Source: Gemmata obscuriglobus
GTDB lineage: Bacteria; Planctomycetota; Planctomycetia; Gemmatales; Gemmataceae
Direction of reading: 5' to 3'
DNA: 32,000 nucleotides
NCBI RefSeq assembly: GCF_008065095.1
Contig: NZ_CP042911.1
Location: forward strand, 420,001 to 452,000
Under the pieces are notes generated by a model. The model was not told the DNA's origin and ran no database searches. It saw only the letters and a list, made by a program, of their open reading frames with translations. Of the stretch, positions 7,971 to 17,401 are shown piece by piece; the stretch's first letter is position 1; each line of letters begins with the position of its first letter. A program made the translations under genes and the position numbers.

Positions 7971-8146
7971 GGGCAGTATTCACCGCAGAGGGCACGACGG
8001 CGTTAGGGCAATATTCACCGCAGAGGGCACGAGAGGGCGCAGAGAGAATGAGGCACAAGAAGTTTCCCTTTTCTGACGTTCTTGGCTTTCTCTCTGCGCC
8101 CTCTCGTGCCCTCTGCGGTGAATACGGCTCTTCTGCCCTCTGCGGT
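7971..8146. repeat. REP/MITE-like composite palindromic element filling a convergent intergenic gap
   Basis: There are two direct 27-bp units, GGGCA(G/A)TATTCACCGCAGAGGGCACGA, at 7971-7997 and 8006-8032. A perfect 37-bp inverted repeat spans 8012-8048 and 8088-8124 (TATTCACCGCAGAGGGCACGAGAGGGCGCAGAGAGAA) with a 39-nt spacer. An outer 13-bp pairing joins 7982-7994 to 8134-8146. Confidence 0.85.
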
Positions 8147-8151
8147 CCTGC

Positions 8152-9015
8152 TCACTTGTTGAAGTGCCCGGTGAACTGGCCGGGGTTCGCGACCAGCGGG
8201 CCGTACAGTTCCGGGCGCCGCCAGTTCACGCGGTCGATCTCGTACGTGCCGGCGCAGGTCACCACCCGCTTCTGGCGCGCCGCCTCCGGATCGACCTCGA
8301 TCAGGAACGTCGCGTCCGTGCCTTCCGGGGCGAAGTGCAGCACGTTACCCATGTAGTCGGCGGCCGAGCTGAGCCCCAGGTACGTGAACCCGCTCTCCGT
8401 GCCCACCCGGTTCACCGCCAGGTAGTAGATGTGGTTCTCCCACGCCCGCGCGGCGGACACCAGCTCCGCCATCTTGCGCGCGTTGGTGGCCCAGTTGGTC
8501 GGCAGCACCACCAGATCGGCGCCGAGCAGCGTGAGGATGCGGGCCGACTCCGGGAAGCTGCCGTCGAAGCAGATGTTCATCCCGACCTTCAGCCCGCCGA
8601 GGTCGTGGACCGCGAGCGGCCGGTCGCCGGGGTCGGTGAACCGGTCGGCGCCCAGGCACGGCAGGTGTAACTTGCGGTAGCTGGCCTCCAGGCCGTTCGG
8701 GCCGACCAGCGCGCACGCGTTGTAGAGCTTCCCGTCCGGGGCCGCTTCGAGGAGCCCGAAGACGGCCCACACGCCCAGCTCGCGGCACGTGGCGGCCACG
8801 AAGTCGGTGCTCGGTCCGGGAACCGGTTCCGCCGCGGCGAGCGCGTGCGCCCGCGACTCGAACCCGTACCCGGAGAGCACGCACTCCGGAAACACCACGA
8901 GCCGCGCGCCGGCCGCGGCGGCCGCGCGGAGCTTCGCCACGAGGGCGTTCCGGTTCGCGACGGTATCGCCCAGGGCGCAGTCCATCTGCACACCGGCCAC
9001 GGTCCACTTCGGCAT
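8152..9015 (-). CDS. carbon-nitrogen hydrolase (nitrilase superfamily amidohydrolase)
   Basis: Starts MPKWTVAGVQMDCALGD. The Glu-Lys-Cys triad contexts are LVVFPE, YRKLHL and VGMNICFD. This is only the last 287 codons of the 704-aa track ORF; the upstream part is a shadow of the neighbouring gene. Confidence 0.88.
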   Translation of the reverse strand: MPKWTVAGVQMDCALGDTVANRNALVAKLRAAAAAGARLVVFPECVLSGYGFESRAHALAAAEPVPGPSTDFVAATCRELGVWAVFGLLEAAPDGKLYNACALVGPNGLEASYRKLHLPCLGADRFTDPGDRPLAVHDLGGLKVGMNICFDGSFPESARILTLLGADLVVLPTNWATNARKMAELVSAARAWENHIYYLAVNRVGTESGFTYLGLSSAADYMGNVLHFAPEGTDATFLIEVDPEAARQKRVVTCAGTYEIDRVNWRRPELYGPLVANPGQFTGHFNK

Positions 9016-9059
9016 GGGTTTCCCTCGTCCGACGGCCGGCGAGTGCCGCCCGAACCGTT

Positions 9060-12000
9060 TTACCGCGGGAGGCGGCCCGCGGCCTTCTCGATCAGTTTCA
9101 GGTATCCGTCCGCTTGGGCCGAGTTCATGTCGGGCACGCCCCACCCTGCCGGGGCCTTGCGCAGCGCGTTCTTGAACCGCTCCTTCGCGGCCGGAGTGTC
9201 CCCCTCCAGCAGGTACAGCACCCCGCGGCGGGTGAAGAAGTTCGAATCCGCCTGGAGTTGCCCCGCCAACCGCTGCTGGAGGAGTTGTCGCAAGCTTTCC
9301 CAAGACTGGAGCCAGAACCATTGTGGAACGATCTGGAGCGGCTCCGGCACCAGCCCGACGGGCGCGACGAGCATGCGGTTCAGCACCTCTTCCGGGTTCT
9401 TGCTCCGGGTCAGCGCCTGGACCGTCTCCAGCACCCGCTCCTTCGGCACGCCCGCCCCGGGGGGCGGGAGCGTGTCCAGCGCCCCCACCTCCGGGTTCAG
9501 TGACTCCCACAAATCGCCGGCCTGCTTGTACTCGCCGGCCAGCACCGCCTTCTGGTACTTCAGCCACTGGAGCGTGGGACCGCCGAAGGTTGTGCCGGAC
9601 AAGTTCTTCAAGGTCTCTGCCGCGTCCTCGATGCGCCCGACAGCCAGATCCAACGCGACGAGCAACTGGGCGGCCCCGAGTTGGTCCCGGCCGAACTCCT
9701 TCTCGAAGTCCGTCTCTTTGTCGTTGAGTATCCGCAAGGCCTCGCCCGGCATGCACAACTGGATCGCCCGGCCCACCAGCATGGGGATCTTCGGTGCTGC
9801 GGCCCGGCTGGCGTCGTACCGGCCCTTGTACCGGATCATCACGTCCTCCACCTCGCGGCGGAACGCCTCCACCTGCTTCACGCTCGCCTGGAGCCGCTCG
9901 TCGGAATCGCCTCCGATGTCCAGCGGCGCGTACTGGAGCGCCAGCTCGAGCTCCTGGCGGGCCAGGTCGAGGGGCAAGACGAACGCGGCGCCGTTGAACA
10001 TGACCGCCGCCGTCCGCTGGTCCGCCGGTTCCCCGCGCGACACGGCCCCGTTGCGCTCGCGGAACAGCGGCTGCGCGAGCATCCCCCGGAGCGGGGCCGC
10101 ATCGACCGGAAAGCCGGTGTAATCGACCACCTCTCGGTTGCGCGCATCGCGCCACACGAGCGGCTGGCCCAGGTACGTTTGGGCCAGCCGCAGGGCCGCC
10201 TCGGTGCCGCTCACGGAGAACTGGCCCCGCTTGTACCGCTCCGGCCGGGGGAGCCGGACCCGGCACTGGCGGAACGCGGTGATCTGCCCTAGCGCGCGCT
10301 CGCCCTCCGGCAGCGGCAGGTCGGGGTCGGCGAGGGCCAATCCCAGCGCGAAGTAAGCGTCCGGGTGGTCCGGGTCTTCGGCGATGGCCCGCCGCGCGGC
10401 CCGCAACGCCAGCAGCGGGATCGCGCGGAGCGCGTCCGCCTCGGCCCGCAGCTCGGCCTGAGTTTCGGGGGTCGCGCCACGGGCCGGGAACCGGGTCATG
10501 CCCCGGGCGTCAGCCCCGATCAGGACCGGGTAGTGGAGGGCGTGCTGCACCGCCGGGCCATAGAAGAACAGTTCCACGCTGAGCTGCTGCCGGATGCGCA
10601 CCCGGGTGACCAGGGCCTCCTTGTACTCGATCCACGCGCGCGCCTCGGCCGCCCCGGCCGGGGCCGGGCGAGGCGCCTGCGCGAACGCCTCGACCAGCGG
10701 GTCCGCGTCCTGCCGCAGCGGCTGCGTCAGTTCGGGAGCCGGCACCTTCGCCGCCCCGGGTCCGAACGCCCGCGCCACCGGGTCCAGCGCCAGGGCCGCG
10801 AACGACGGCTTGGCCCCGTCCCCGCGCCACCCGAACACGACCGTGCCGCCGCTCACGTACCACTCCGACCACTGGCCCCACTGGAGGTACAGCCGCTGGG
10901 CCGCGAGCACGGCCCGCGCTCGCATCTGGGGTGTCTCGGCAGCCCCGCCGTGGAGCGCGAGGTACTCGGCGCCGTGCGACTTCAACACTGCTGCCACCGC
11001 CCGGGTGTCCGGCTCCTCGTCGGGTATCCGGACCAGACCGAGCCCCTTTCGCACGGCGAGGTAATCGGTGATCTCGGGCCGGTGGTGCCGAAACCGGCCG
11101 TTGATGAAGACCTTCTCCTTGGGCGCGTACCACGCGATGTAGTTGGCCAGCTCGGTGCTGGTGACGAGCCCGCGGGCGTCGTCCGGCAGCCCGCCGTCGG
11201 CGCGCCACGCCTGGAACTGCTCGGCCGCTTGCGCCAGTGCCGGGTCGGGCTCAACACCCCACGCCAGGCGCTTGGCGTATGCCGGGTCCACCACGTCCGG
11301 GTGGACCCACCCGGGGTACGCCATCACCCCCAGCGCGCACACCGCGATCACCGACAGCACCCGTCCGCCGGACGCCCCGATGACCAGCAGCCGGGTCCGC
11401 GGGTCGCCCCACGTCCGGAGCCGCGCGCCGAGGCTGAACGCGTTCAACTGGGCGGCCACGAGCGGCACCGCGACCAGCGCGAAAAACGGGATCGCGTAAA
11501 TGCTGAACAGGCTCAGCACCGCCAGCCCGAGCCACAGCGCGACGTGGCCGATCCGGATGCGCGCAGGCCCGAGCCCGAAGATTGTTGCGCCGCCGGTGAA
11601 CAGCACCACGTAGGCGAGCCCGTTCAGGTTGTACCCCAGGGACGCGTTCTTGATGTAGTCGCCGTCGGTCGGCGCCAGCAGCATGCTGCGCAACCGCAGG
11701 TCGATCTCGGCCCCGGGCGCGCCGACCAGTTCGAACGGCAGCTCCCAGACCCGCACGTGGTGCGGGGTCAGCGTGCAGGCCAGCACCCCGACCCCGAGGG
11801 CCTTGGCCAGGGTCGCGACATCCGGGAGCCGGACCAGGGGCTCGGTGTCCGGGGTGTCGCCCGGCTCGCCGGGGCTGTTGAACACGTACTTCTGGATCAG
11901 TTCGCCGGCGAGCACCAGGGCGAGCGCGAGCGGGCCGATGAAGAACCACTGGTCCGCGCCCGCCCACACCCAGAACGTCACCCCGATGGCGACCAGGAGC

Positions 12001-12662
12001 CGCTTCGGGTGGGCCGCGCCGCGGGGCATCCGGAACAGGACGAACAGCGTGACCGCGAACAGGAACATGGACACTACGAGCGGGCGCAGCGCGAACTGCG
12101 GCGCGCACGCGAGCACGCCGACGCACGCCAGCGCCGCCCACGGCCAGAGCGAGAACGCCGGCCGGCGGATCGCGATCAGGAGCCCGAACGCCGCCGCGAC
12201 GAGCAGCGCCTTGACGGCGACGAGGAGTTGCCCAGCGCCGCCGTAGAGCAGGTACGCGGCGGCGTCGGTGAGCCAACTGTGGTTGACCCACGTGCGGCCC
12301 TGGGCCGTGTAGCTCAGCGGGTCGCTTCCGCCGGGGACGTACTCGCCGGCGAACATCCGCTTGCCGGCCGCGAGGTGCAGCCACGCGTCCGAGTTGCGGG
12401 CCACGAACGAGGCGGCGGCGAACGCGAACGCGACGACCAGCCCCGCGAGTGCGGCGTCGAGCCCGCTGTACCACGCGGGCCAGGTCAGCGGCTTCAGCGC
12501 GGCAGGCGCAACCGCTGACGCGGCGGGAAGGGTTGGTGTTTCGGCCGCCGGGGACGCGCCGGAGGGAGGGCTCGGCTGTTCGTCCGGGGTGCCGGGCGCG
12601 CCGGCACCGGGGTTCCCGTCACTGGGCGGCGGCGGTGGTGGCGGCGGAGCGGACAGCTTCAC
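9060..12662 (-). CDS. large polytopic membrane protein (about 12 TM, GT-C-like appearance) with long C-terminal TPR-like helical-repeat domain
   Basis: 1200 aa with a GTG start. It begins MKLSAPPPPPPPPSDG and a Pro/Ala-rich leader. About 430 aa of hydrophobic helices follow, interrupted by loops (e.g. NSDAWLHLAAGKRMFAGEYVPGGSDPLSYTAQGRTWVNHSWL). Then come about 700 aa of helical-repeat-like sequence (DHPDAYFALGLALAD..., YKQAGDLWESL...). The stop is 45 nt upstream of the CN-hydrolase start on the same strand. Confidence 0.8.
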   Translation of the reverse strand: MKLSAPPPPPPPPSDGNPGAGAPGTPDEQPSPPSGASPAAETPTLPAASAVAPAALKPLTWPAWYSGLDAALAGLVVAFAFAAASFVARNSDAWLHLAAGKRMFAGEYVPGGSDPLSYTAQGRTWVNHSWLTDAAAYLLYGGAGQLLVAVKALLVAAAFGLLIAIRRPAFSLWPWAALACVGVLACAPQFALRPLVVSMFLFAVTLFVLFRMPRGAAHPKRLLVAIGVTFWVWAGADQWFFIGPLALALVLAGELIQKYVFNSPGEPGDTPDTEPLVRLPDVATLAKALGVGVLACTLTPHHVRVWELPFELVGAPGAEIDLRLRSMLLAPTDGDYIKNASLGYNLNGLAYVVLFTGGATIFGLGPARIRIGHVALWLGLAVLSLFSIYAIPFFALVAVPLVAAQLNAFSLGARLRTWGDPRTRLLVIGASGGRVLSVIAVCALGVMAYPGWVHPDVVDPAYAKRLAWGVEPDPALAQAAEQFQAWRADGGLPDDARGLVTSTELANYIAWYAPKEKVFINGRFRHHRPEITDYLAVRKGLGLVRIPDEEPDTRAVAAVLKSHGAEYLALHGGAAETPQMRARAVLAAQRLYLQWGQWSEWYVSGGTVVFGWRGDGAKPSFAALALDPVARAFGPGAAKVPAPELTQPLRQDADPLVEAFAQAPRPAPAGAAEARAWIEYKEALVTRVRIRQQLSVELFFYGPAVQHALHYPVLIGADARGMTRFPARGATPETQAELRAEADALRAIPLLALRAARRAIAEDPDHPDAYFALGLALADPDLPLPEGERALGQITAFRQCRVRLPRPERYKRGQFSVSGTEAALRLAQTYLGQPLVWRDARNREVVDYTGFPVDAAPLRGMLAQPLFRERNGAVSRGEPADQRTAAVMFNGAAFVLPLDLARQELELALQYAPLDIGGDSDERLQASVKQVEAFRREVEDVMIRYKGRYDASRAAAPKIPMLVGRAIQLCMPGEALRILNDKETDFEKEFGRDQLGAAQLLVALDLAVGRIEDAAETLKNLSGTTFGGPTLQWLKYQKAVLAGEYKQAGDLWESLNPEVGALDTLPPPGAGVPKERVLETVQALTRSKNPEEVLNRMLVAPVGLVPEPLQIVPQWFWLQSWESLRQLLQQRLAGQLQADSNFFTRRGVLYLLEGDTPAAKERFKNALRKAPAGWGVPDMNSAQADGYLKLIEKAAGRLPR

Positions 12663-12823
12663 GGGTCGACCTCGTCACGGCACGAATAACAGGCGCGAGC
12701 GTTGAGTCACGCTAGGTTCTCCACTGAGTACGGTCAAGCCGCGCCGGGTGTTCGGGGCCGGCGCTGGTGGGCGGAACGCGGTGCGGTATACTGGCGCCCG
12801 CGAAGATTTGGGGAGGCGCGCCA

Positions 12824-13576
12824 ATGCCGCTGCACGACTGGACACGCGTGGACGCGGGCATCTGCCACGACTTTCATCTCGCCTGGATCGCCGAGATCCG
12901 GCGAGAACTGAACGGTGGGTTGCTCCCGTCGGGGTACTACGCGCTCGCCGAACAGGTCGCGGGCGGCGGGAACCCGGACGTGCTGACGCTTCACGAGCCG
13001 CACGGTAACGGGCACACATCCGACCAGTTCCCAACCGAAGGTGTCGGGACCGCACTGCTGACGGCCCCGCCGCAGACCCGGTTGGTCGCAAAATCGGAGC
13101 ACGAGTTCTACACCGCGAAGCGGCGGCGGATGGTGATCCGTCACACGAGCGGGGACCGGATCGTCGCGATGGTCGAAATCGTTTCGGCCGGGAACAAGGC
13201 GAGCGAGTACGCGTGGCAAACGGTCAGCGACAAAGCCCTGGCGGCGCTGAGCCGGGGCGTCCACCTGCTCGTACTCGATGCGTACCCGCCCACGCCCCGC
13301 GACCCGAACGGATTTCACGGGGCGCTGTGGGAGCAACTCGACGGCACCGCATACGCGTGCCCAGGCGACGCCGACCGCACGCTCGCGGCGTACTCGGCCG
13401 GACCGGTCAAGACGGCGTACATCGAGCCGGTGGCGGTTGGGCAAGTGCTGCGGAGCATGCCGCTGTTCCTGACGACTGACGGAACCGGTTACATTGAGGT
13501 GCCGCTCGAATCGACGTACCGGCGGGCGTTCGAGGGCGTGCCACGCCGCTACCGGGCGGTACTCGAAGCGGCGTGA
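12824..13576 (+). CDS. DUF4058-family protein (putative PD-(D/E)xK-like nuclease fold)
   Basis: The ATG at 12824 is preceded by GGGAGG (12811-12816). The N-terminus MPLHDWTRVDAGICHDFHLAWIAEIRRELNGGLLPSGYYALAEQ is the characteristic DUF4058 start. The core GDRIVAMVEIVSAGNK resembles the Uma2/DUF4058 D...E(I/V)xSxxNK motif. Confidence 0.75.
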   Translation: MPLHDWTRVDAGICHDFHLAWIAEIRRELNGGLLPSGYYALAEQVAGGGNPDVLTLHEPHGNGHTSDQFPTEGVGTALLTAPPQTRLVAKSEHEFYTAKRRRMVIRHTSGDRIVAMVEIVSAGNKASEYAWQTVSDKALAALSRGVHLLVLDAYPPTPRDPNGFHGALWEQLDGTAYACPGDADRTLAAYSAGPVKTAYIEPVAVGQVLRSMPLFLTTDGTGYIEVPLESTYRRAFEGVPRRYRAVLEAA

Positions 13577-13827
13577 GGGACACGATGCCGACGCTCCGCA
13601 AGCCTTCGCCCGGTGCCCCTGGCGCCGCCCCCGGACGTCGGAACCACCGCGAACGAGTTACAGATCGCGGGCGACGATCGGGCTGGTGCAGGAGAGGTGC
13701 TTTTCGTGCAGCCCAGGATCTCACACCGAGCCCCGGCCGAGATTGCTTACTCATCCAAGGTCTGCAAGCGGCGCCGTCTCTTTGTGATTATTTGCGCCTG
13801 TTGTGCTTTCTTGCAGCCAACCTGCGG

Positions 13828-14502
13828 TCATTCTTCGCCGAGTTCTTCGAGCGCGCGGACGGCGTCGTGCAGGTCGAGGTTCGGGTTGATCTCCAGCGCC
13901 TGCCGGAACGCCCGCAGTGCGGCCCGGGGGCGGTTCAGTTTGAGCAGGCACTGCCCCAACCCGGCCGCGGCGCCGAAGTGGTGCGGGTTCAGCCGCAGCA
14001 CCGCCTCGCAGTCCTCCACCGCCCGGGCGTACTCGCCCCGCTTGAAGAACCAGATCGCCCGCTGGTTGTGCGCTTCGGCGAAGTCCGGCGCCTCGCGGAG
14101 CAGCGCGTCCAGTTCGGTACGTGTGCGGTTCGCGTCCGATTCGCGCACGGCGTCCTGGAGCCGCTGGTTCTGTTCCTCGGTGCCGGCGCGGAACCACAGT
14201 TCCCACAGTGCGTCGGTGGCGAAGTGCTTCACGAGCGGGTCGTCGTCGCGGAGGGCGGCGGCAACTGTGGGCACCGATTCTGGCGTGCCGATCAGCCCCA
14301 GTGCCAGCGCCGCGGCCCGCCGCGCCTTGGCGTCGGGGGCGGACAGCAACCGCTGGAGGGTGCCCTCGCTGTACGACTCGCGCACGGCGTCGCGGAACTC
14401 GCCGACGGCGGGCCGGGCGCCGGCGGTCCAGAGGTCGTGATCGTCCTCGAGGCGCAGTTCGGGCAACCGGTCGAACAGTTCCACCAGCAGGGAAACGGGC
14501 AC
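13828..14502 (-). CDS. HEAT-repeat plus TPR-repeat protein
   Basis: The HEAT-like region is ARRAAALALGLIGTPESVPTVAAALRDDDPLVKHFATDALWEL. The TPR units are AEAHNQRAIWFFKRGEYARAVEDCEAVLRLNPHHFGAAAGLGQCLLKLNRPRAALRAFRQALEINP. GTG start. Confidence 0.75.
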   Translation of the reverse strand: MPVSLLVELFDRLPELRLEDDHDLWTAGARPAVGEFRDAVRESYSEGTLQRLLSAPDAKARRAAALALGLIGTPESVPTVAAALRDDDPLVKHFATDALWELWFRAGTEEQNQRLQDAVRESDANRTRTELDALLREAPDFAEAHNQRAIWFFKRGEYARAVEDCEAVLRLNPHHFGAAAGLGQCLLKLNRPRAALRAFRQALEINPNLDLHDAVRALEELGEE

Positions 14503-14579
14503 GCGTGAACCCTCCGGATGCGTTACCCCTCTAATCTACCGTGCCCGGCCCGGCGCGAACAAGTGACGGTAAACGCGAC

Positions 14580-14602
14580 GCGGCCGGGACGAGCCCGGCC
14601 GC
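14580..14602 (-). terminator. candidate stem-loop terminator downstream of bcp
   Basis: GCGGCCGGG (14580-14588) pairs with CCCGGCCGC (14594-14602) across a 5-nt loop. It lies 20 nt past the bcp stop on the minus strand, with only a short T run after it. Confidence 0.4.
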
Positions 14603-14621
14603 GCAATTGATTGGGGGGTGG

Positions 14622-15170
14622 TTACTTCAGCTTTTTGACGTCCTCGAGCACCTCGGTCGGGTGGCTCTTCGGGGTAACTTTGTCGTAGATCTTGGCGATC
14701 TTGCCTTCCTTGTCCACGACGAACGTGACCCGTTGCGACATCTTCGGGTTTTTCGGGGACAGGATTCCCAGCTCCTTCGTCAGTTTCACGTCGGTGTCGC
14801 ACAGCAGCGGCATCGGCAGCTCGTTCTTGTCGATGAACTGCTGTTGCAACTCGGCGCCGTCGCAGCTGGCCCCGAGCACCACGATGTCGTTGGGGAAGTC
14901 TCCCTTTTTCATGAGGTCGCGGAACCCGCACGACTCGACCGTGCAGCCGCCGGTGAGCGCCTTCGGGTAGAAGAAGATGATGACCGTCTTGCCCTTCAAG
15001 TCGGCAATGGAGAGGGTCTTGGCGTCCTTCTTCACTTTGTCGATTTGGGCGGCGGCCAGCGGCACGTCCGGGAACTTGTCGCCGACCTTCACCTTCAGCA
15101 TGGAGTCGTCGGCGGACGCGGCGCATGCTGTGAGCGCGCAGAGGACCGCGGCGGCGGCGGAGCGGATCAT
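14622..15170 (-). CDS. bcp: exported (possibly lipoprotein) BCP/PrxQ-type thiol peroxidase
   Basis: The AhpC/TSA-type active site is FFYPKALTGGCTVESCGF, with peroxidatic and resolving Cys five residues apart. The N-terminus MIRSAAAAVLCALTACAAS has a lipobox-like LTAC. The longer 15254 start adds a Pro/Arg-rich leader. Confidence 0.85.
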   Translation of the reverse strand: MIRSAAAAVLCALTACAASADDSMLKVKVGDKFPDVPLAAAQIDKVKKDAKTLSIADLKGKTVIIFFYPKALTGGCTVESCGFRDLMKKGDFPNDIVVLGASCDGAELQQQFIDKNELPMPLLCDTDVKLTKELGILSPKNPKMSQRVTFVVDKEGKIAKIYDKVTPKSHPTEVLEDVKKLK

Positions 15171-15447
15171 GACAGCGTCTCCGTTAAGACGGAACCGGTG
15201 AGGGGACACGGGGCGGGGCGGCGCCATTTTCGACAGCCGCGGCGACGGTGGCAAGGGTCGGCCGGCCGTTTGTGCGCGTCCCTATTTCGGGCCGGCCGGG
15301 GCGGCGTGCGGAAAATACCTGACAGCAAACGTGTAAAACCAATACGGAAACCCCGTTGACGACGTTAAGACCCGGGGTTAAGAGTTATGTATTACGGGTT
15401 GCGCGGAACGGGTCGCGGGTGCGGTCCACGCGAAACGCCGCGGTAAC

Positions 15448-15460
15448 AGGAGTGACAGCA

Positions 15461-15463
<3 letters not shown>
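15448..15463 (+). promoter_or_regulatory. Shine-Dalgarno AGGAG followed after 8 nt by an in-frame ATC: candidate non-canonical infC initiation site
   Basis: AGGAG lies at 15448-15452 and ATC at 15461-15463, in frame with infC. See the related finding. Confidence 0.35.
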
Positions 15464-16123
<660 letters not shown>

Positions 16124-16171
16124 ACCTCTTTCCCGTGTACCCCCTCTGCTCAATTAAGGGAGGGGGGTAGC

Positions 16172-17401
16172 CAGGGCTACGCACGGATTGGTGTTGGGTA
16201 AGTTGCGGCGTGTGGGTATGTGCGGCTCCTCATTTTAGGAGCGGCACACATGGCCTGGTCCCTGGTCGAGCGTTTGGCGGAGTTACCGGACCCGCGGAGC
16301 CGTCACGGTCGCCAGTATCCGCTGGTCGGGCTATTGACCTTGTGCCTGGTGGCGGTGATGGGCGGGCACACCACGCCCGAGGCGATCTCTCAATTCGGGC
16401 GGCTGCGGCAGAAGCGGTTGGGTCACGCGCTGGGGTTTCGTAACGGCAACATGCCGTGTCCCAACACCATCGCCGGGCTGCTGCGGCGGTTGGACCCGGA
16501 CCGCCTGGACGCGATCATCGGGGCGTGGCTCAGGGATCGGCACCCGGACGGGTGGGAGCACCTGGCGTTGGACGGCAAGCGGCTGTGCGGGTCGCGCGAC
16601 GGCCAGGTGCCGGGCACCCACCTGCTGGCGGCGTACGCCCCACAGGTGTCCGCGGTGGTCGCCCAGATGACGGTCGAGGCCACGACCAACGAGCACAAGG
16701 CGGCGCTCCGGTTGTTGGGCGTGTTGCCCTCGCTGGGTGGGACCGTAGTCACCGGTGATGCCATCTTCACCCAACCGGACGTGTGTGCCGCGGTGCAACA
16801 CAAGGGTGGGGACTCCATCCTGTACGCCAAGAGCAACCAAGGTACGCTACGGGCCGACCTGGAGGCCGCGTTCGCCACCGCCGCGGGTGGCGACTTTTCC
16901 CCCCGGGTTACAGGGCGCGTGGGATCGGGACGCGGGAACGGCAGTTGAGGTGAGCAAGGGGCACGGGCGGGTCGAGCGGCGGTCCATCACAACCACCACG
17001 TGGCTCAACGAGTACCTGACCCGGTGGCCCGGGGTGCAGCAGGTGTTCCGACTCGAGCGCCAGCGCCGGGCCGATGGGAAGACGACCGTGGAGGTGGTGT
17101 ACGGGATCTCCAGCCTCAGCCCGGTGGCCGCGCCTCCGGACACGGTGCTCGGGTACACCCGCAGCCACTGGGGCATCGAGAGCTTGCACTACGTCCGCGA
17201 TGTGACCTTGGACGAGGACCGATGCCGAGTGCGCCGGGGCACGGCACCGCGGGTGCTGGCGTCGCTGCGAAACGTGGCCGTGTACCTGCTCCGGCGCCTC
17301 GGCGCCGGCACCATCGCGGCGGCCGTTCGGACCGTCGTTGCCAGACCTGAGCTGGCGCTGGCTGCGCTCAACCAGCCAATTTCAATCTCTGAGTAGCCCT
17401 G
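16172..17401 (+). mobile_element. second, diverged ISAs1-family insertion sequence (degenerate copy)
   Basis: The imperfect terminal IRs match at 20 of 26 positions: CAGGGCTACGCACGGATTGGTGTTGG (16172-16197) against the reverse complement of 17376-17401. The termini start CAGGGC like the first IS. The transposase stop (17394-17396) lies inside the right IR, as in the first copy. No clean TSD is present. Confidence 0.8.
16250..17396 (+). pseudogene. ISAs1-family transposase, frameshifted at a C6 homopolymer
   Basis: The ATG at 16250 follows AGGAG (16237-16241). The N-part is MAWSLVERLAELPDPRSRHGRQYPL...LALDGKRLCGS...TTNEHKAALRLL...VVTGDAIFTQ...SNQGTL, stopping at 16948. The C-part in the next frame is ...VSKGHGRVERR...HWGIESLHYVRDVTLDEDRCRVRRG, ending at 17396. 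Removing one C from the run at 16899-16904 fuses them (..GGDFSPGLQGAWDRDAGTAVEVSKGHGRVERR..). Confidence 0.85.

Noticed and set aside
7971-8048. Possible CRISPR array (27-bp direct repeat at 35-bp spacing)
   Set aside because: There are only two direct copies separated by 8 nt. Further copies are inverted and form a long hairpin. There are no spacer-sized unique segments and no cas genes. It is interpreted as a REP/MITE-like palindromic element.
8152-10266. 704-aa ORF in the track on the minus strand
   Set aside because: Only the last 287 codons (from MPKWTVAGV at 9015) are protein-like, forming the CN-hydrolase. The upstream 417 codons are Arg/Gly/Pro-rich and overlap the 1200-aa gene in another frame, so this is a read-through shadow ORF.
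10365-12518. 717-aa plus-strand ORF antisense to the 1200-aa membrane-protein gene
   Set aside because: It is an Arg/Pro/Glu-rich low-complexity translation. The opposite strand encodes coherent TM helices.
15356-15361. Promoter-like hexamers: TTGACG at 15356-15361 upstream of infC, TACAAT at 20507-20512 upstream of leuC, and TATACT at 12787-12792 upstream of the DUF4058 gene
   Set aside because: Each lacks a convincing partner hexamer at 16-18 nt spacing. Planctomycete promoter consensus is poorly defined, so they are not reported as features.
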